Shown here piece after piece: positions 49,031 to 60,084 of a stretch of 64,000 nt of DNA. The stretch is from positions 384,001 to 448,000 of the forward strand of contig CAXXVD010000001.1 of assembly GCA_963662335.2 (NCBI GenBank), in the 5' to 3' direction. The translations under genes were made by a program, and so were the position numbers. The notes beneath the pieces were generated by a model. It did not search any database. It saw only the letters and a program-made list of their open reading frames with translations, and had not been told where the DNA came from. The stretch comes from Chloroflexota bacterium. GTDB lineage: Bacteria; Chloroflexota; UBA11872; VXOZ01. The number at the start of each line of letters is the position of its first letter. Position 1 is the first letter of the stretch.

Positions 49031-50752
49031 TTGGCAAGAACTGACCGTACCTACGAGGTGACGCGGGAAGATAACGTCCCCGTGCCTATGCGGGACGGCA
49101 CGATTTTGCGCGCCGACGTGTACCGTCCCGACGCGCCGGGTAAATACCCCGTGCTGTTGAGCCGGACGCCGTATGACAAGCAGCTTGACAGCATGGCGGG
49201 CCTCGGCGCGGGGCACGCCGCGAACGGCTACATCAGCGTGGTGCAGGACGTCCGCGGGCGCTACGCCTCGGACGGCGAGTTTCGCCCCGGCTTCTACCGC
49301 GCCGACACGTTTGACGCCAGCGACGGCTACGACACGGTGGAGTGGGCGGCGCGGCTGCCCGGCGCCACCGGCAGCGTGGGCACGTACGGCAACTCGTACA
49401 ACGGCTGGACGCAATGGGAACTCGCGCCCACGCGGCCGCCGCGCCTCAAGACCATGTACGCCAGCGGCATTGCGGCAAACCTGCTCGACCGCGAACTCTC
49501 GGCCGTGCTGCGGCTGGGCCGGGTGCTGTGGTGGTCGGTCAATACGCTCGCGCCGGACCAGCGGCGACGCGCCGGAGACACTTCCGGGCCGACCACCCAA
49601 GAAGAAGCCGAACGCATCTGGCACGAGCAGGACCGCAGCAAGTGGCTCTGGTTCCTGCCCCTGCTGGACATTCCCGACCACGTGTTTGCCGACGTGGCGC
49701 CGCACTTTCGCCACTGGCTCGCCGACCACGCGCAAGACCACTTTGGTTTCTTGCGGAAGCACCAGGACGTCAATGTTCCCGTGCTCAGCGTCACCGGCTG
49801 GTACGACCAGCAGATCGGCGCCATCAAGCACTTCACCGGCATGGCCGCGAACGGCATGACCGCCCACGCGCGGGAGAACCAGAAGCTCATCGTCGGCCCG
49901 TGGACGCACACCACCGTTGACCTGGACCGCACGGTGGGCGCGGTGGACTTCGGCCCGGCGGCGGAGCGCGATTACTTCGCCATTGCCGACGCGTGGTTCC
50001 GGGCCTGGCTGAAGGACGATCCCAGCGGCATCGCCGAGTGGCCGCCGATCCAGCTCTTCGTGATGGGCGCGAACACCTGGCGCGGCGAGAATGAATGGCC
50101 ACTGGCGCGCACGCGGTACACCGACTTCTACCTGCACAGCGGCGGCGCCGCCAATACGCCCTTTGGCGACGGTGTCCTCTCGCGGGAAGCGCCTACCGAC
50201 GAGCCGCCGGACGACTATACCTACGACCCGCGCGACCCGGTGATGACCCTCTACTCCGGTCCCGGCCAGCAGGAGCCTCACGACCAGAGCGCGCTGGCGC
50301 GCCGGCAGGACATCCTCACCTACGCCACGCCGCCGCTGGAAGAGCCGCTGGAGGTCACCGGGCCGGTTACGGTCACGCTGTGGGCCGCCTCGTCCGCCCG
50401 CGATACGGACTTCACGGTCAAGCTCATCGACGTGCGGCCCGACGGCTTCGCCCAGGAACTCTGCCACGGCATCGTGCGCGCCCGCTACCGGGAGTCCTAT
50501 GCGGAACCTACGCTCATCGAACCGGGCGCGGTCTACGAATACACGATTCAGGTGAACCCGACGAGCAATTGCTTCATGCCCGGCCACCGCATCCGCCTGG
50601 ATATTTCCAGCAGCGACTTTCCCAATTTCGACCGCAACCACAACACGGGCGCGCACGAGTACGCCGACGGTGAACTGGCCACGGCCCACCAGACGCTCTT
50701 CCACGACCACGGCCGGCCGTCGCGCGTGACGCTGCCGGTAATACCGCTGTGA
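49031..50752 (+). CDS. CocE/NonD family hydrolase (peptidase S15)
   Basis: PMRDG..L.ADVYRP, RTPY, QDVRGR..S.G, GNSY nucleophile, GWYD, GPWTH, SSSDFP.FDRN.NTG. Confidence 0.95.
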   Translation: MARTDRTYEVTREDNVPVPMRDGTILRADVYRPDAPGKYPVLLSRTPYDKQLDSMAGLGAGHAANGYISVVQDVRGRYASDGEFRPGFYRADTFDASDGYDTVEWAARLPGATGSVGTYGNSYNGWTQWELAPTRPPRLKTMYASGIAANLLDRELSAVLRLGRVLWWSVNTLAPDQRRRAGDTSGPTTQEEAERIWHEQDRSKWLWFLPLLDIPDHVFADVAPHFRHWLADHAQDHFGFLRKHQDVNVPVLSVTGWYDQQIGAIKHFTGMAANGMTAHARENQKLIVGPWTHTTVDLDRTVGAVDFGPAAERDYFAIADAWFRAWLKDDPSGIAEWPPIQLFVMGANTWRGENEWPLARTRYTDFYLHSGGAANTPFGDGVLSREAPTDEPPDDYTYDPRDPVMTLYSGPGQQEPHDQSALARRQDILTYATPPLEEPLEVTGPVTVTLWAASSARDTDFTVKLIDVRPDGFAQELCHGIVRARYRESYAEPTLIEPGAVYEYTIQVNPTSNCFMPGHRIRLDISSSDFPNFDRNHNTGAHEYADGELATAHQTLFHDHGRPSRVTLPVIPL

Positions 50753-50779
50753 CGATTCTTACATAACGGAGATTGCTCA

Positions 50780-51835
50780 ATGCGCGCCCTCTACTCGAAC
50801 AATCGCGGTGAAATCTACATCAAAGAGGTGCCGGCGCCCACGCTGCAGGGGCCCGGTGTCGTGATTCGGACGTTGGCCTCCGTCTTTGGGGCCGGTTCCG
50901 AAATGGCCGGGGTCGGCCGGCGGCGCGCGGCGTTGGCGGCTGGCCACGACCCGGGACCGTTCAGTGAAAAACCCCACAGCTACCAGTCCGCCGGTGAAAT
51001 CCTGCGGGTGTCCGACGACCTGCAAGCGCGCTTCCGGCCGGGGGACGTGGTGGCGGCGACCGGCGGCGGCTTTGGCTTCCACGCCGAAATGGGCTACGTG
51101 CCCGCGCACTCGTTCGCAAAGGTTCCCCCGGGCCTGCCGCCGGTCGACGCCGCGACCACCAACGTTGGGCTAACGGCGTTTCATGCCATGCGCCGCGCGG
51201 TCTTGCAGCCGGGCGAAACGGCGGTGGTGCTCGGTCTCGGCATGGTGGGGCAAATTACGACGCAACTCGTCGGCATGGTGGGCGGCCGCGCGCTTGGCGT
51301 GGACCTGCACGAGTTCCGGCAGGAGAAAGCCCGCGAACTGGGCGCGGCGGCCACGGCCGGCGGCACGGACGATGAGGTGGCCGCGGCGGTGGCGGATTTC
51401 ACCCACGGCGTGGGCGCGGACGCGGTCTTCGTGGCAACCTCGGCGCGCATACGGGGTCCCGCGTCGCTGGCGGTGCGCTTGGTGCGGCCCAGCGGGCGCG
51501 TGTTGCTCATCGGCCGCGTGAACTGGGACTTCACCCCCACCCACGCCGACGCCGACCCGCACACCAAGGAGATCAACCTCTACTGGGTCAACGGCCGCGG
51601 CCCCGGCAGCCGCGAGCGCGACTACCTGCGCGGCGCGGTCGATTACCCGCAGCGCTTCGTGCCGTGGGACCAGGAGCGTAACTTGCAGGCGCTGCTCAAC
51701 CTGCAAGCGGCCGGCAAGGTGCGCGTCGGCCCCTTGCTCACCCACCGCTACCCGTTCGACCAAGCGCCCCAGGCGGCGGAAGTCGCCATCAACCTGCCGG
51801 CGGAAGCGCTTGGCGTAGCGTTGGAGTACGCGTGA
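50780..51835 (+). CDS. MDR-family (zinc-type) alcohol dehydrogenase
   Basis: GroES-like N-terminus, GLGMVG Rossmann motif, GVGADAV, LLTHRYPF. Confidence 0.85.
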   Translation: MRALYSNNRGEIYIKEVPAPTLQGPGVVIRTLASVFGAGSEMAGVGRRRAALAAGHDPGPFSEKPHSYQSAGEILRVSDDLQARFRPGDVVAATGGGFGFHAEMGYVPAHSFAKVPPGLPPVDAATTNVGLTAFHAMRRAVLQPGETAVVLGLGMVGQITTQLVGMVGGRALGVDLHEFRQEKARELGAAATAGGTDDEVAAAVADFTHGVGADAVFVATSARIRGPASLAVRLVRPSGRVLLIGRVNWDFTPTHADADPHTKEINLYWVNGRGPGSRERDYLRGAVDYPQRFVPWDQERNLQALLNLQAAGKVRVGPLLTHRYPFDQAPQAAEVAINLPAEALGVALEYA

Positions 51836-51902
51836 CGGGATATTGCGAGAGAGGCGCGGCGCGTGTGGCGGGCCACTCTTATCTGAAGGTTGCGTGACCA
51901 AG

Positions 51903-52006
51903 CCGTTCGCCCTGAGCATCGTCGAAGGGAGAACGGCGAAGAGCGGGTGTAACGGCTCTCGCTGCACATCTTTCCGTTCACGCTTCGACAAGCTCAGCGC
52001 GAACGG
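51903..52006. repeat. inverted REP doublet (same family as 3935-4021)
   Basis: ccgttcgccctgagcatcgtcgaagggagaacgg ... ccgttcacgcttcgacaagctcagcgcgaacgg. Confidence 0.8.
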
Positions 52007-52203
52007 AAAGATGTGCGTTCACGCTCATTCCCCGCTGCAAATCGAATATTCAGCTTGCGTGGCACATTCGAAAGTCTCGCAATTTGCCGTTGTATGGCCT
52101 GAGAAAGCCCGTGGTGACTGTGTGATCCGGCGGACGCAGGTTGCAAACCTGCGCTACCGGGCGTAAAGCGCACCATAGGCGGTGACCCGCGCTGCCTAGA
52201 GAG

Positions 52204-52252
52204 AAAGAAATGTACCGCCGCGCTAGCCAGCGCGGCGGTACATGCGTTTCTT
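52204..52252. terminator. probable bidirectional intrinsic terminator
   Basis: 15-bp perfect stem ATGTACCGCCGCGCT/AGCGCGGCGGTACAT with A-rich left and T-rich right flanks, between convergent genes. Confidence 0.7.
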
Positions 52253-52318
52253 CATCTGCAATTGGCGTAAAGCGCGCGCGTAATTCTGCGCAAACGGCTT
52301 AGCCACGGCAGTATGCCA

Positions 52319-53254
52319 TCACGCCGGGTCGGGCGCCGGGTTCTTCACCGGGGCCGCGGGCATTTGCGGCTGCTCGGCTTGGCGCGTGAGCGGCCAGAAG
52401 AAGAGCGCCGTAGACGCGGCCATGATCAGGGCGGCGGTAAAGACGTGGGCCACGCGCAGCACGGCGGGCAGTCCCAGCCAGACTTGCGTAAAGCCCAGCG
52501 TGATTTGCAGCGCCAGCAGCGCAAGCACCATCAGGCCCAGGTACTTGGCCGCGCCCTGGTCCACGCGGACGCGCCAGCCGGCCAGCAAGGCCATGGCCAC
52601 TGAGAAGGCGTAGGCCGCGTAGCGGTGTCCCATGTGCACGTCTTCCAACATGCGGGGCGAGCCGCCGCCGCCGTCGCAGGTCAGGAAGCCGTGGCAGGCC
52701 AAGCCCGACGACGTGCCGACCACGAACGCGCCGGATATTACCACCAGCGCGCCGCACACCAGCGCCGCGATGCCGCGCCACTTGGGAAACCCGTGAATGC
52801 TGAGCGATCCGTTCTGCACCTGCACCGCGCCTATCGTGCACGTGGCCAGGAAGAACATGGATATCGTCAGGTGGGAACCGACCAAGAGCGCCGGTAGATG
52901 CGTAAGCACCGTGACCGCCCCGAGGACGATTTGGAAGAGGAGCAGGGCCGAGAACACGAGCACGATTGGACGGATCTGCCGCAAGGCATCACGGCCCCGC
53001 CACGCGAGAATGGCCAGTTGAATGACCGTGAGGGTCAGGCCCAGCGCCAGCAGGCGATGGACCCACTCGATGACGGCTGCGGTCTGGAACGGCGGTATCA
53101 CCTGGCCGGAACAGAGCGGCCAATCCGGGCAGCCCAGGCCCGAGCCGGTGGCGCGCACCACCGCGCCCCACAAGATGAGCACGAGCGCCTGCACGACGAC
53201 GCTCCAAATCAAAATCTTCGCGCGAGAATCCGGTTGTTTCAATGCATTAGCCAT
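52319..53254 (-). CDS. ctaA: heme A synthase (COX15/CtaA)
   Basis: VRATGSGLGCPDWPLC, EWVHR, LFQIVLG, H..HR, 8-TM pattern. Confidence 0.9.
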   Translation of the reverse strand: MANALKQPDSRAKILIWSVVVQALVLILWGAVVRATGSGLGCPDWPLCSGQVIPPFQTAAVIEWVHRLLALGLTLTVIQLAILAWRGRDALRQIRPIVLVFSALLLFQIVLGAVTVLTHLPALLVGSHLTISMFFLATCTIGAVQVQNGSLSIHGFPKWRGIAALVCGALVVISGAFVVGTSSGLACHGFLTCDGGGGSPRMLEDVHMGHRYAAYAFSVAMALLAGWRVRVDQGAAKYLGLMVLALLALQITLGFTQVWLGLPAVLRVAHVFTAALIMAASTALFFWPLTRQAEQPQMPAAPVKNPAPDPA

Positions 53255-53333
53255 GACTTTCTCCTCTCACAGATTTGATGGCGTATATAGTGTAGCACAT
53301 TTGCCGCGTTCGCGGCACGCCGTCCGCGGCCGG

Positions 53334-53532
53334 GAATTAGTAGACTCAGGCTTGTAGTCTTTGCAAGGTAGCGGTTCCTGTCATTCCGAGGGCAGCGAGG
53401 AATCTAATGAGAGTTCCCAATTCTAGATTCTTCGTCGCTGCGCTCCTCAGAATGACAGTTGGGAGTTGGCTCAGACCTAGGGACGATCACGTGACTTATC
53501 TCTGGTCACCCCAAGCCTGAATCTACTAATTC
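53334..53532. mobile_element. MITE-like element: 21-bp terminal inverted repeats enclosing a REP doublet
   Basis: GAATTAGTAGACTCAGGCTTG ... CAAGCCTGAATCTACTAATTC (1 mismatch); internal gtcattccgag...gaatcta / tagattc...gaatgac pair. Confidence 0.65.
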
Positions 53533-53719
53533 TGCCGCGGCCCTTTGGGTTGCGAGCCAGGCGAATCCGTGTCATCATCAGGGACGAAACTTGCGACCAC
53601 TAAGGCCTTTTCGGGCGCATAGTGGTTATCTGCACTACGGCTGGCGAGAGATTGCGAGAAGCCACGGCTTGGCAAGTGAGGCCGCGCATTTCACGCCAAT
53701 TCCAAGAGAGGAGCACCTC

Positions 53720-54742
53720 ATGTCGGAGAAAATCAAGCTTGTCGCCCTGGAAGCGGCGCACCCCCACGTGCACAGCCTCATCAGAGAGGCGCAAGGCGTG
53801 GCCGGCGCGGAATTCGTCGGCTTTGCCGATCCCAACGCCGAGCGCCGCGCCCAGACCAAAGAACGCAACGAATTCGACGACGACATGGTCTTCGCCGACT
53901 TTGAGCAACTGCTGGACGAACGGCAGCCGGACGCGGCGATCGTGTGTTCGACGAATGCCGACCACGTCAAGTACGTGGAGGCGCTGGCGCCGCGGGGCAT
54001 TCACGTGATGCTGGAGAAGCCGTTTGCCGCGAGCCTTTCCCATGCCGACCGCATGATTGCGGCGTGTGAAGAGCACGGCGTGACGTTGATGGTCAACTGG
54101 CCGACGGCGTGGAATCCGGCGCTGCGGCTGGCGCGGCAGATTGCGCAGTCCGGCTCGCTGGGGCAGGTTTTTCAGATTGCCTTTCGCGGCGGGCACATGG
54201 GGCCGACCGGCGACCACGATAGCTGGTGGTACCGCCCCCAGGACGGCGGCGGCGTGCTGCTGGACTACTGCTGCTACGCGGCCTGCATGTTCACGTGGAT
54301 TCTGGAGAAGCAGCCGCGCCAGGTCTGCGGCATGGCCGACGCGCTGGTGAAGCCGGTCAAGTCCGAGGATAACGCGGTGCTCATCCTGCGCTACGACGAC
54401 GCGCTCTGTGTGAGCCAGGCCACCTGGACGCGCTTCGGGCCGGAACCGATCCAGGGCCCGGTAATCAACGGCACGGAAGGCAGCGTGACGTCCATCGGCA
54501 AGGAACAGATCAAGCACTGCACCCCGGCAAACCGGGAAGGCGAGGTGATCGACGTGCCGCCGCTGACGGAACCGCGCCTGCAAGGCGGGCCGGCGTACCT
54601 TGTGCACTCGCTCTTGAACGGCACGCCGATCGAATCGCCGTGCGATGCGGCCTTCAACCGCGACGGCCAGGAGATTCTGGAGGCGGGCAAGATCGCGGTG
54701 CAGACGGGCGTGACGGTGAACCTGCCAATCCTGCCGTCCTAG
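53720..54742 (+). CDS. Gfo/Idh/MocA oxidoreductase
   Basis: GAGGAG RBS; HVMLEKP, GGGVLLDY..Y, EDNA, GTEG. Confidence 0.92.
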   Translation: MSEKIKLVALEAAHPHVHSLIREAQGVAGAEFVGFADPNAERRAQTKERNEFDDDMVFADFEQLLDERQPDAAIVCSTNADHVKYVEALAPRGIHVMLEKPFAASLSHADRMIAACEEHGVTLMVNWPTAWNPALRLARQIAQSGSLGQVFQIAFRGGHMGPTGDHDSWWYRPQDGGGVLLDYCCYAACMFTWILEKQPRQVCGMADALVKPVKSEDNAVLILRYDDALCVSQATWTRFGPEPIQGPVINGTEGSVTSIGKEQIKHCTPANREGEVIDVPPLTEPRLQGGPAYLVHSLLNGTPIESPCDAAFNRDGQEILEAGKIAVQTGVTVNLPILPS

Positions 54743-54886
54743 CGCCGGTTGTGCGGCCACTGCTGCCGGCTGAAGGAGAGGGAGTGCGCCGCATTCCCTC
54801 TCGCTTTGCTTAGACTGATACCGGCTGCGCGCGTGGTCCCATTGCGCATAGTATCGAACGTGACGCGCGATACTCGCGGCCCAACC

Positions 54887-55090
54887 GTAGCGCGAGGGCT
54901 TGTCCCCCGCCGGAGCCACTGAATCTGGCACGCAAAGGATTGCCACGACAGCTTCGCAGGTTACAAACCTGCGCTACCGGAGGAATCGGACGCCAGCTCT
55001 GCTGTCTCTTTCATAAATGCGACGGCATTAGGGCTTGTCCCCCGTCTCTTGGGGCGTACCGCCGACCCGTAGCGCGGGGGCTTATCCCCC
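54887..55090. repeat. GTAG-type REPIN-like unit
   Basis: Same composite unit as 10033-10197. Confidence 0.82.
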
Positions 55091-55155
55091 TCCTCTTGGC
55101 GAGACCGGCCCACCCCTTCGGCCGGATGTACGGTGGACATGCGCCGCTACACGTC

Positions 55156-55185
55156 TTGACAGAAAATATACTCCCAGATAGTATA
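55156..55185 (+). promoter_or_regulatory. copA promoter with CsoR/RcnR-type operator
   Basis: TTGACA-17 bp-TAGTAT with overlapping TATACT-CCCAGAT-AGTATA inverted repeat. Confidence 0.65.
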
Positions 55186-55315
55186 CGTGATAGAGGACGA
55201 ACACACGGATCTGCCGAGCCGCCGCTGCCACACGATGTTCCGGTCGCCATACGCGGAGTGAGGCAGCGCCAGGGTGGCGCCTATAGCAAGCGCCGTGGGC
55301 AAAGAGAGAATTGCC

Positions 55316-57793
55316 GTGGCAACAACCGAGCAGACACAGGCGCAGCAATCGCTCTCGCTGGCCGTGCGGGGCATGACGTGCGCCGCCTGCGTGCGGCGCA
55401 TCGAGACGGCGCTGACGGACGTGCCGGGTGTGCGCCAGGCGGCGGTGAACCTGGCAACGGAACGGGCGCAGGTGGCTTTCGACCCCGCCACTGCCACGCC
55501 CGCCGCCATCGCCCAGGCCGTTACGGCGGCCGGCTACGTTCCGGCCACCGTCAAGCGCGCCCTGCGCGTGCGCGGCCTGCAAGACGCCTCAGCCGTCGGC
55601 CGGGTGGAAGCGGCCCTGCGCGCCGTGCCGGGCGTGCTGCGGGCGGACGTAAATCCGGCGGCGGAGCGGGCGCACGTCGCGTACCTGCCGGACGTTACGG
55701 ACGGTGAGGCGCTCCGGCAAGCGGTCGCGGCCGTCGGCTATGAACTGGAAGCGGCGGAAGACGAGCCGGCAGCAGGCCAGCCGGAGAGCGCCGCGGCAGC
55801 GGGCAGCGGCGAGCAACGCGCCGCGCGCGCGCGCCTGGGCGTCTCGGCGGCCCTTTCAATTCTGCTAATGGTGGGCGGCATGGGCGGCGCGCTCTTTCCT
55901 TTCCTAAGCGGCTTGTGGATTGAAAACCCCTACGTGCTCTGGGCGCTGGCCACGCCGGTGCAGTTCTGGGCCGGCTGGCAGTTCTACCGGGGCGCGTGGA
56001 GCACGCTCAAACACCTCACCTTCGACATGAACGCGCTCATCGTCATCGGCACCAGCGCCGCTTACTGCTATAGTGCGGCGGCGGTCCTCATGCCCGGCTT
56101 CTTTGCCAGCCAGGCCGTGAACGGCCACGCGCCGCTCTACTTCGATACCGCCGCCGTCATCATCACCCTGATCCTGCTGGGGCGGGCGCTCGAGGCCCGC
56201 GCCAAGCGCCGGACCGCGGCCGCCATCCACGCGCTGTTGAACTGGCGTCCGCAGACCGCCCGCGTCATGCGCGACGGCGCGCCGCGCGACGTGCCGCTCG
56301 CGAGCGTCAGCGTTGGCGATCTGGTCTTTGTGCGCCCGGGCGAACGGACGCCGGTGGACGGCGTAGTGACGGAGGGGCGGAGCGCCCTCGATGAGTCGAT
56401 GCTCACCGGCGAGAGCATGCCGGTGGAAAAGGGGCCGGGCGCGGAAGTCATCGGCGGCACGTTGAACACCACCGGCGCGTTCACGTTCCGCGCCACGCGC
56501 GTCGGCAAAGAGACGGCGCTCGCGCGCATCGCGCGCATGATCGAGGAAGCGCAAGGCTCCAAAGCGCCCATCCAGCGGCTGGCGGACCGGATAGCCGCCT
56601 ATTTCGTGCCGGCCGTGATCGGGATCGCGGTGCTGGCGTTTCTCGTGTGGTATCTGGTGGGGCCGGAACCGGCTTTTACGCGGGCGTTGCTGGCGTTCGT
56701 GACCGTGCTCATCATCGCCTGTCCCTGCGCCTTGGGCCTGGCAACGCCCACGGCGGTGATGGCCGCCATGGGCGTCGGCGCGGCGCGGGGCGTGCTGGTG
56801 CGCGACGCGGAAGCGCTGGAACGCCTGCGCAGCGTGACGACGGTCGTGCTGGACAAGACCGGCACCCTCACTGCGGGCACGCCGGCGGTCACGGACGTGA
56901 TCGGCGCAAATCTGGGCCATGAGGACGTGCTGCGTTTCGCCGCCGCGGCGTCCCAGTCGAGCGAGCACCCGTTGAGCCGGGCCGTAGTGCGGGCGGCGGA
57001 AGCCAAGGGCCTGGTGTTGCCAACGGCCAGCGACTTCATTGCCGCGCCGGGACGGGGCATCCGCGCTCAGGCGGCGGGCAAACTCGTGCGGGTAGGCAAT
57101 CGCGCCTACATGGAGGAGAGCGGTGTCGCGTGGGATGCGTCGCACAAGCTGGCGCCGCGCGCGCAGGCGCTCACCGCGCAGGGCAAGACGGTCGTGTTCG
57201 TAGCCGTGGACGGCGTACTGGCCGGGCTGATCGCGGAGGCCGACATCCTCAAGCCCAGCGCCGCGGCGGCCGTGCAGGCGCTGCGCGCGCGCGGGCTTGC
57301 GCTCGTGATGCTTACGGGCGACGCGGCGCGCACAGCCCAGACCATTGCCGGCCAGCTTGGCATCCAGCACGTGGCGGCGGAGGTCATGCCCGGCCAGAAG
57401 GCGGCGGCGATTCAAGAGCGCCAGGAAGCCGGTGAAGTGGTGGCGATGGTGGGCGACGGCGTCAACGACGCCCCGGCCCTGGCCCGCGCCGACGTGGGCA
57501 TTGCGCTCGGCGCCGGCGCCGACGTGGCGGTGGAAGCCGCCGACATCACCCTCATGGGCGACGACCTGCGCGGCCTGGAGACGGCGTTCGCGCTCTCGCG
57601 GGCCGCGCGCCGCACGATTTGGCAGAATCTCGGTTGGGCCTTTGGCTACAACGTGCTGCTTATACCCGTGGCGGCCGGCGTCCTGTATCCCTTCTTTGGC
57701 GTCACGCTGAACCCGATGCTGGCGGCCGCGGCCATGGCCTTCTCCTCAGTCTCGGTGGTGGCGAACTCCCTCCGCCTGCGGCGCTTCGCATAG
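55316..57793 (+). CDS. copA: Cu(I)-translocating P1B-1 ATPase
   Basis: HMA MTCAAC, TGES, CPC, DKTGT, SEHP, GDGVND, YN and MAFSS ligands. Confidence 0.95.
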   Translation: MATTEQTQAQQSLSLAVRGMTCAACVRRIETALTDVPGVRQAAVNLATERAQVAFDPATATPAAIAQAVTAAGYVPATVKRALRVRGLQDASAVGRVEAALRAVPGVLRADVNPAAERAHVAYLPDVTDGEALRQAVAAVGYELEAAEDEPAAGQPESAAAAGSGEQRAARARLGVSAALSILLMVGGMGGALFPFLSGLWIENPYVLWALATPVQFWAGWQFYRGAWSTLKHLTFDMNALIVIGTSAAYCYSAAAVLMPGFFASQAVNGHAPLYFDTAAVIITLILLGRALEARAKRRTAAAIHALLNWRPQTARVMRDGAPRDVPLASVSVGDLVFVRPGERTPVDGVVTEGRSALDESMLTGESMPVEKGPGAEVIGGTLNTTGAFTFRATRVGKETALARIARMIEEAQGSKAPIQRLADRIAAYFVPAVIGIAVLAFLVWYLVGPEPAFTRALLAFVTVLIIACPCALGLATPTAVMAAMGVGAARGVLVRDAEALERLRSVTTVVLDKTGTLTAGTPAVTDVIGANLGHEDVLRFAAAASQSSEHPLSRAVVRAAEAKGLVLPTASDFIAAPGRGIRAQAAGKLVRVGNRAYMEESGVAWDASHKLAPRAQALTAQGKTVVFVAVDGVLAGLIAEADILKPSAAAAVQALRARGLALVMLTGDAARTAQTIAGQLGIQHVAAEVMPGQKAAAIQERQEAGEVVAMVGDGVNDAPALARADVGIALGAGADVAVEAADITLMGDDLRGLETAFALSRAARRTIWQNLGWAFGYNVLLIPVAAGVLYPFFGVTLNPMLAAAAMAFSSVSVVANSLRLRRFA

Positions 57794-57853
57794 AATAGAG
57801 AAAGCACGCGAGGCGCTGCGCCTTGCAAGAGAACGCATTGAAGGAGCACACCC

Positions 57854-58000
57854 ATGGCCACGTGCGCAACCTGCAACGAGTCGGTTGACCCGTCAACCGC
57901 CGAGCACAAAGTCGAGCACCGGGGCACGGTCTACTACTTCTGCTGCGGCCACTGCCAGGCCGCCTTCGAGCGAGAGCCGGAGAAGTTCGCGGAAGCCTAA
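57854..58000 (+). CDS. small YHS/TRASH domain protein (48 aa)
   Basis: AAGGAG RBS; MATCATCNESVDPSTAEHKVEHRGTVYYFCCGHCQAAFEREPEKFAEA; missed by the ORF track. Confidence 0.88.
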   Translation: MATCATCNESVDPSTAEHKVEHRGTVYYFCCGHCQAAFEREPEKFAEA

Positions 58001-58036
58001 CGACGGTTCCGACTCTGCTCTCGCCGATGCCGAACT

Positions 58037-58414
58037 GTAGCGCGGGGGCTTGTCCCCCGCATCGCTCGCGGACCCACGCCCATAGCGCGGGGGCTTGTCC
58101 CTAATGCTGTCGCATTGAACAGAGGGGCAGCAAAACTCGCGTCCGCAATCTCCGGTAACGCAGGTTACAAACCTGCGTAACTGCCAGGTCAATCCTCTGC
58201 GTGTCGGTTTGGATGGCTCGGGCGGGGGACAAGCCCCCGCGCTACGTTAGTGCGACAACATTGGGGCTTGTCCCCCGCATCGCTCGCGGACCCACGCCCA
58301 CAGCGCGGGAGCTTGTCGCCAGTGCCGCCGCGTTTCAGCGAAAGGGCGTCACCGGAACGCCTCTACTGAATCGGTCGATCGGCGTAGGGGCACGACACGT
58401 CGTGCCCCTACGCC
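58037..58414. repeat. GTAG-type REP/REPIN cluster
   Basis: Inverted copy of the composite unit plus GGCGTAGGGGCACGACACGTCGTGCCCCTACGCC. Confidence 0.85.
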
Positions 58415-58734
58415 GTCGTGCTAGCATTTCAAGGCTCTAGCTCTTCCTCTAGCCCCTCCGCAACCGTCACTCTTACAACGCTGCCGTCAATACTATTCAC
58501 CCCCAAGCGCTATCCCTGCGCGGACAGCAGGCTGGGCAATCCAGTTCCACGCGCCGCTCCCCAAACGGCAGGACATTCTAACGTTCTTAGCATCTTCTTA
58601 GCTTTCCAGCGCTTGACGGGCATGGCCGCGTGAGATAATGAACCGAAGACCGGCGCCGGGCGGGGCGCGGGAAGTGCCGGGGAAAGGCGCCGACCACGCG
58701 CGCGTTGCACCTTTTGGAGAAAAGGAGGAGAGCC

Positions 58735-60084
58735 ATGCTGACACGACGCTCGCTACTGGCAGGCTCGGCGGCGCTTGCGGTGGGCTGTGGACGCGCCAAA
58801 CCGCCGGTGTCCCAACCTGTGCAATTGAACCTTGCCGCGTACCTGGGTCTGGTGACCGTGCAATTGCGCGGGATGGGATGCTATGAAGGCGCGTACCAGG
58901 AGGTAATGGCGGCGCTTGCGCAGGACCCGGACAACCCGTTCGGCCCGGAGCGCGGCAGGTACCGGCTTGCGATGAGAATGTCGGATGAGTTCTTTCCGGG
59001 AACCACGTGGGAGACGCCCGCGGACGAAGCGCTTGACGCGATTGCGGCCTTCCTGGATGAAATCGAGGCGGACCTCGTGACCGTGTGGCCGGAGTTGGCG
59101 CAGTGGCTGGGCCGCCGCGGCCTCTTGCTGCCGTTAGACCGGTTCAGCGGCACGGACGCAGCGAGTTTGGAGCGAGAGTACTTTCCGGTTGCGCTCGACC
59201 GCTACCGCGCGGATGGTGCGCTCTACGCACTGCCCGTGAGCGCGGTACCGCAGATGGTCTTGTACCATTCCGGTCACGTGCGGCGGCAAGGGCTGCCGCC
59301 GCCGGCCGCGAGCTGGGATTGGGACGACCTGGTGGAATATGGGACAAAGCTGACGACGCGCGACGATGAAGGCCGGGTTACGCGTTGGGGCTTAGTGGCC
59401 CACTTCGACGAAATCTGGTGGGCGCTCTGGCAGAACGGGGCGGATGCGCTCGATCCGGACACGCTGCGTTGCCGCTTGGAGGAGCCGGCGGCGGTCGCGG
59501 CTCTGCAATTCTTCCATGACCTGCTCCACAGGCATCACGCCTCGCCGGCCGCATGGGCCGTCGATCTGTTTGAAATCCTGAATACAAACCCGCCGTCAAT
59601 GCGGTTCGAATACGTGGATGGCTGGCTGGACCCGGCGGTCTATCGCGTGGCGGCGCTGCCGAGCGGCAAGCAGTTCGTCGCGCCGGTGCGAGACGGCTTT
59701 GGCATCGGCATCGCCACGCGCACGCCGCACACGGAAGCGGCCTATACGGCGCTGCAGGGCCTTGTCCGCGCCATGCAGACGCAGGTGACGATGCCCGCGC
59801 GGAGAGATGCGATCGCGAGAATCAGGAGAGTTGTGTTTGATCTACAACCGGCGGAACGCGAGGCGATAGAACGGTCAATGGAACACGGGCGCGCGCTGCC
59901 TCAGGCTTTCTTGCAAGGACTGACCATGGGAAGGGCGACGGAAGCCCTGGTAACGGGCAAGGGCGTGGCAACCGCCGTTAACGAAGCGCGCGGCGTCTTG
60001 CGAAAGTATCAGGATGAAGGTGACTCACCCTTCGGGCCGCCCCTAAAGCCTATGCCGTGGGCCTCCTGTGAGAGCGTACGCTGA
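58735..60084 (+). CDS. ABC substrate-binding lipoprotein (sugar-binding family 1-like), Tat-like signal
   Basis: AGGAGG RBS; TRRSLL...AVGC; GLLLPLD, DGALYALP, W.WDDL.E...KLT. Confidence 0.82.
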   Translation: MLTRRSLLAGSAALAVGCGRAKPPVSQPVQLNLAAYLGLVTVQLRGMGCYEGAYQEVMAALAQDPDNPFGPERGRYRLAMRMSDEFFPGTTWETPADEALDAIAAFLDEIEADLVTVWPELAQWLGRRGLLLPLDRFSGTDAASLEREYFPVALDRYRADGALYALPVSAVPQMVLYHSGHVRRQGLPPPAASWDWDDLVEYGTKLTTRDDEGRVTRWGLVAHFDEIWWALWQNGADALDPDTLRCRLEEPAAVAALQFFHDLLHRHHASPAAWAVDLFEILNTNPPSMRFEYVDGWLDPAVYRVAALPSGKQFVAPVRDGFGIGIATRTPHTEAAYTALQGLVRAMQTQVTMPARRDAIARIRRVVFDLQPAEREAIERSMEHGRALPQAFLQGLTMGRATEALVTGKGVATAVNEARGVLRKYQDEGDSPFGPPLKPMPWASCESVR

